From assembly GCA_046347755.1 (NCBI GenBank), contig JAXMFM010000004.1, positions 368,028-432,027 on the forward strand: 64,000 nt of DNA. Direction: 5' to 3'. Each line of letters starts with the position of its first letter. The first letter of the stretch is position 1. A program made the translations under genes and the position numbers. This document shows positions 57,151 through 64,000 of this stretch, one piece after another. The notes under the pieces were generated by a model, which was given only the letters and a program-made list of their open reading frames with translations, was not told the DNA's origin and made no database searches. The DNA is from Burkholderiales bacterium. GTDB lineage: Bacteria; Pseudomonadota; Gammaproteobacteria; Burkholderiales; Casimicrobiaceae.

Positions 57151-57993
57151 ATGTTCCGCACGCTCATCTCCACCGGCGAGCTCGCCGAAGTCCTGGGTTC
57201 CGGCGACCTCGTCGTCTGCGACGTCCGGCACGACTTGGCGAAGCCCGAGTGGGGGGAAGCGCAGTACCGCGCCGGCCACATCCCGGGCTCCGTGTTCGTC
57301 CATCTCGATCGCGACCTGTCGGCGCCGATGACCGGAACCAACGGCCGCCATCCGCTGCCGTCGCCGGAAGTCGTCGCGGCGCTGTTCGGCCGGCTCGGCA
57401 TCGCGCAGGGCAGGCAGGTCGTCGCGTACGACCAGTCCCAGGGCGCCTATGCGTCGCGTATGTGGTGGATGCTCCGCTGGCTGGGCTTCGAGTCGGTCGC
57501 CGTGCTCGACGGCGGCTACAGGAAGTGGACGGCCGAGGGCCGCCCGGTCAGCGCCGACGTGCCGACGCCCGCGCCGGCGCCGTTCGCGATCCGCCGCGTG
57601 ACGCCGACCGTCAACGCGTCGGGCATCATGGCGAGCCTCGCGCGGCGCGCGTTGCTGGTGATGGACGCGCGGGCGCCCGAGCGATTCCGCGGCGAGACCG
57701 AGCCGCTCGATCCGGTCGCCGGCCACATACCGGGCGCGGTCAACCGGCCCTACACGCAGAATCTCGCCGAGGACGGCACGTTCAAGCACGCGGCATTCCT
57801 GCGCGCGGAGTTCGGCGCGCTGCTGGACGGCGCGTCGGAGGAGCTGGTCGTCCACCAGTGCGGGTCCGGCGTGACCGCCTGCCACAACCTGCTGGCGATG
57901 GAGATCGCCGGCTATCCGGGAACGCGGCTGTATCCCGGGTCGTGGAGCGAGTGGTGTGCGGATCCGTCGCGGCCGGTCGCGATCGGTCCCTAG
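57151..57993 (+). CDS. Tandem rhodanese sulfurtransferase (SseA/3-MST-like)
   Basis: GHIPG twice, GRHPLP, CGSGVTA active loop, YPGSWSEW. Confidence 0.9.
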   Translation: MFRTLISTGELAEVLGSGDLVVCDVRHDLAKPEWGEAQYRAGHIPGSVFVHLDRDLSAPMTGTNGRHPLPSPEVVAALFGRLGIAQGRQVVAYDQSQGAYASRMWWMLRWLGFESVAVLDGGYRKWTAEGRPVSADVPTPAPAPFAIRRVTPTVNASGIMASLARRALLVMDARAPERFRGETEPLDPVAGHIPGAVNRPYTQNLAEDGTFKHAAFLRAEFGALLDGASEELVVHQCGSGVTACHNLLAMEIAGYPGTRLYPGSWSEWCADPSRPVAIGP

Positions 57994-58556
57994 CCGTCGA
58001 TCGCGAGCGGCCACTGCGCCAGCTCGGTGTACAGCGGTCCCTCGGGCCGCAGCTGCGAACCCACGAGGCACAGCCGGTCGACCGGCCAGCGGATCGGCGC
58101 GCAATGCGCGCGCGGATGCGGCATGACGCAACGCCGCGCCAGCGTCACGTGCGGACGGAACGCGCGCGAATCGAGCGTATAGCCGGCCGCCCCCAGCGCT
58201 GCGCGCAACTTCGCATGCAGCGCGATGAGGCTCGCCGGCACGGCGACCGGCGTCACCCACGCGACCCCCGACGCGCGCCACGCGCCCAGCTCGGTGAACT
58301 CGACGTCCGCTCCGACGTGCGGCATCGCGTCGCCGATCGCGCGCAGGCCGGGCAGCGCCAAAGGGTCGACGTCGCCCAGGAACGCCAGCGTCAGGTGGAC
58401 GTGGTCGCCGGTGACCGACCGGCCGCGCGACCGGCGGGCGACGTCGCGGGCGAGGGCCACGAACTGCGCGCGGACCGATTCGCTCGGAACCAGCGCGAAG
58501 AACGTGCGGATGCCCGCCGCGCTGTCGATGACGCCGGGCGACGAAGTCGATGCCAT
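57990..58556 (-). CDS. thpR: RNA 2',3'-cyclic phosphodiesterase (2H family)
   Basis: [14 protein letters not shown] and PHVTLAR (two HxT motifs). Confidence 0.88.
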   Translation of the reverse strand: MASTSSPGVIDSAAGIRTFFALVPSESVRAQFVALARDVARRSRGRSVTGDHVHLTLAFLGDVDPLALPGLRAIGDAMPHVGADVEFTELGAWRASGVAWVTPVAVPASLIALHAKLRAALGAAGYTLDSRAFRPHVTLARRCVMPHPRAHCAPIRWPVDRLCLVGSQLRPEGPLYTELAQWPLAIDG

Positions 58557-58705
58557 TCTTTCCATACGACGTCCGACCGCGCCCGGACGCCGTGGTTCGC
58601 GCCGGACCGCCGAACGGTCGCGGACTGGACGCGCGTGCAAGAAAAAGACCGCGCATGCCCTTACGGGCAGCGCGGTCGTTTCCAGCCGGTGAAGCCGGGC
58701 GGTCG

Positions 58706-60019
<1,314 letters not shown>

Positions 60020-60341
60020 TGCCGTGCTCCCGATGAGTCGTCGCCGTATTGGCCGCCGCGAGGCGGCCCCTTGGTCGCGGTCGCGACGCGCGCGGTGCGC
60101 GCGGCACGTCCGCTTGCGGAGTCCCCGGCGAACTTAAGTCGCCAGGGCTTCGCGGCACGGACCGGCGAGGATCGCTCGGCGGTCGGGCGGGCGCGAGGAA
60201 AGGGGTGTACGGTCCTCGGGCCCTTGATGCCACCGACCACGCGATGCTGCGGACGGCGACTCGTGTTGACGTCACATTACCAAGCGATTGCGCGGCTGGC
60301 AAGGAAAAATGGCGCGCTGCAGTACGAAAATTTAAACGCTA

Positions 60342-60354
60342 AATCAGTATGTTA
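60342..60354 (+). promoter_or_regulatory. Putative IHF site
   Basis: AATCAGTATGTTA fits WATCARNNNNTTR with an upstream A/T tract, in an AT-rich leader. Confidence 0.45.
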
Positions 60355-60416
60355 GAAAGCGTTTCCGACCAGTGGAAATGAAAGGCCCCTTTGCACCGGT
60401 TTGGGTGCTGCGAAGC

Positions 60417-60442
60417 ATGTATATCTTATATAAGATAGAAGA
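60417..60442. promoter_or_regulatory. Palindromic operator upstream of aceA (TCTTATATAAGA core, GntR/SdhR-like)
   Basis: Perfect 16-bp palindrome TATCTTATATAAGATA at 60422-60437; as recalled, resembles the betaproteobacterial TCA-cycle GntR motif. Confidence 0.65.
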
Positions 60443-60740
60443 GAAAACCGCGCAGGTCGTGAGCCTAACGTGTTGATTCCGTTCGATGCAGGGATGACCT
60501 CCCGGGCCGGAGCGACCGCAGCGCCCCTTTCCACGGTGCGGACGGCAATTCCGTTCCCGCGCGCGGCCGGCGACGGGCGCGCGTTGCGGCGACACCACAA
60601 GCCACGGCGCGGGCAGCCGCACCGCAGGCGACGCGCAACGGCGCCGACGTCGTATCGTGGCGCGCGCGATCCGATTATCCTTGGCGCAAGCGCGACGCCG
60701 GGTCGCGCCCCGCTTCGACGTTCCGATGAGGAGAGCAACC

Positions 60741-61049
60741 GTGCGCACAACGAATGTCGCCTTCGCCGCGCTCGTCGCGCTGGCCGCTGGCTCAGCGACC
60801 GCCCAATCCCCCGATCCCAATCTCGCGCGCAACATCGCCGCCGCCTGCGCGAACTGCCACGGCACGAATGGCGCGAGCCAGGGCGGCATGCCGTCGCTCG
60901 CCGGCCAGTCCAAGGCCGACCTGGTGCGCAAGATGCAGGACTTCAAGGCCGGACGCGCGCAAGGGACGATCATGCCGCAGCTGGCCAAGGGCTACACCGA
61001 CGAGCAGATCGACGCCATGAGCGGCTGGTTCGCCGCGCAGAAGCCGTAA
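60741..61049 (+). CDS. Monoheme cytochrome c subunit of flavocytochrome c (FccA-like)
   Basis: GAGGAG SD plus GTG start, signal peptide, CANCH, GTIM axial Met. Confidence 0.85.
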   Translation: MRTTNVAFAALVALAAGSATAQSPDPNLARNIAAACANCHGTNGASQGGMPSLAGQSKADLVRKMQDFKAGRAQGTIMPQLAKGYTDEQIDAMSGWFAAQKP

Positions 61050-61069
61050 CGGTTCAAGGAGACCCGATC

Positions 61070-62350
61070 ATGAAAAGACTGCAACGGCGGGACTTCCTCA
61101 AGGCCATGGCGGCCGGCGTTTCGGCGGCGGCATTGGGCGGTTGCGCGACCACGGCGAGCAGGACCGGACCGCGCGTGGTGATCGTCGGCGCCGGCTACGG
61201 CGGCGCCACCGCGGCCAAGTACCTCGACATGTGGAGCAACGGCACGCTCGACATCACGCTCGTCGACGCGAATCCGTCGTTCGTCTCCTGTCCGATGTCC
61301 AACCTGGTGGTCGGCGGCAGCAAGCAGATCGCCGACCTGACCGTCGGCTACGACGGGCTCGTCAAGCGCGGCATCAAGGTCCGCGTCGACACCGCGCAGG
61401 CGGTCGACCCCGTCCGCGGCACCGTGCGCCTCGCGAGCGGGCAGGAGCTTGCCTACGACCGGCTGGTGCTGTCGCCGGGCGTGGATTTCCAGTACGGCGA
61501 GCTGCAGGGGATGGGCAGCGCCGCGGCGCAGGAGAAGGTGCTGCACGCGTGGAAGGCGGGACCGCAGACGGTCGCGCTGCGCCGGCAGCTGGAGGCGATG
61601 CCCGACGGCGGCGTGTTCGCCCTCTCGATTCCGAAGGCGCCCTATCGTTGTCCGCCGGGACCGTACGAGCGCGCGTGCCAGGTCGCGTGGTACTTCAAGC
61701 GCGCGAAGCCGCGCAGCAAGGTGCTGATCCTCGACGGCAACGAGGACGTCGTGTCGAAGAAGGGCCTGTTCATGAAGGCCTGGAACGAGGACTACAAGGG
61801 CATCGTCGAGTACCGGCCCAACTATGTGCTGACCGGCGTCGACGTCGCGACGCTGACCGCGAAGTTCGAGACGGCCGACGACGTGAAAGCCGACGTGCTG
61901 AACGTGATCCCGCCGCAGCGCGCAGGCGCGATCGCCGCGCAGGCCGGCGTGATCACCGCAAACAATCGCTGGTGCGAAGTCGACTTCCTGTCGTTCGAGT
62001 CGATCAAGGTGCCGAAGATCCACGTGCTGGGCGACGCGATCCAGATCGCGCCGCTGATGCCCAAGTCCGGGCACATGGCGAACCAGCACGCGAAGGTCGC
62101 GGCTGCGGCCATCCTCAACGCGTTCGCGGGACAGGCGCCCAATCCGGCGCCGGCGATCAACAACACCTGCTACAGCTTCATCACCGACAGGGACGTCGTG
62201 CACGTGTGCTCGGTGCACCAGTACGACAGGGAGAAAAAGACGTTCGCCACCGTGCCGGGCTCCGGCGGGTTGTCGCCGGCGCCGTCGGCGCTCGAAGGTG
62301 AATACGCATTCTCGTGGGCGAAGAACATCTGGGCCGACATGCTGACGTGA
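61070..62350 (+). CDS. fccB: Flavocytochrome c sulfide dehydrogenase flavoprotein (FccB/SoxF family)
   Basis: QRRDFLK Tat plus LGGC lipobox, GAGYGG, CPMSN, RCPPGPYER, NTCYS. Confidence 0.88.
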   Translation: MKRLQRRDFLKAMAAGVSAAALGGCATTASRTGPRVVIVGAGYGGATAAKYLDMWSNGTLDITLVDANPSFVSCPMSNLVVGGSKQIADLTVGYDGLVKRGIKVRVDTAQAVDPVRGTVRLASGQELAYDRLVLSPGVDFQYGELQGMGSAAAQEKVLHAWKAGPQTVALRRQLEAMPDGGVFALSIPKAPYRCPPGPYERACQVAWYFKRAKPRSKVLILDGNEDVVSKKGLFMKAWNEDYKGIVEYRPNYVLTGVDVATLTAKFETADDVKADVLNVIPPQRAGAIAAQAGVITANNRWCEVDFLSFESIKVPKIHVLGDAIQIAPLMPKSGHMANQHAKVAAAAILNAFAGQAPNPAPAINNTCYSFITDRDVVHVCSVHQYDREKKTFATVPGSGGLSPAPSALEGEYAFSWAKNIWADMLT

Positions 62351-62369
62351 ACGTGCGCAGGCAGGAAAG

Positions 62370-62398
62370 GAAAACGGCGCCGATCCGGCGCCGTTTTC
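62370..62398. terminator. Bidirectional intrinsic terminator between fccB and clpA
   Basis: GAAAACGGCGCCG-atc-CGGCGCCGTTTTC. Confidence 0.8.
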
Positions 62399-62414
62399 GT
62401 TGAGCGACCCGCCG

Positions 62415-64000
<1,586 letters not shown>

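Noticed and set aside
60470-61069. Long N-terminal extensions on fccB, and likewise on copA, lysS, iorB, asd, mutL and the LytTR gene in the ORF track
   Set aside because: Upstream open frame without homology; family N-terminal motifs, and in several cases SD or promoter signals, mark the downstream starts.

Overview
High-GC (~70%) chromosomal window, most likely from a betaproteobacterium. This is inferred from the gene orders leuCDB-asd-fimV-truA-trpFBA-accD-folC-dedD-cvpA-purF, xseB-ispA-dxs-folE2 and ppiA-ppiB-lpxH. Most of it is core housekeeping: lysS, prfB with its programmed frameshift, mutL-miaA, aceA and clpA. Accessory parts: (i) a copA-copZ-csoR operon sharing a CsoR-type operator with a divergent GloVer-repeat lipoprotein that carries four in-register His residues; (ii) a ~12.5 kb signalling block comprising a 2945-aa TPR-11xGAF-HisKA-HATPase-REC-REC kinase, an Hpt, a REC-class III cyclase lacking the normal purine-specifying residue, and a convergent GGDEF-EAL protein; (iii) a SAM-II riboswitch coupled to a transcription terminator; (iv) iorAB-like, LytS/LytTR and fccAB-like modules; (v) a family of GGGGTCWGACCCC palindromic repeats. 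aceA and clpA near the right end carry several indels, probably assembly errors. No rRNA, tRNA, CRISPR array or transposase was recognised. All calls come from motif recognition by eye, with no database searches.
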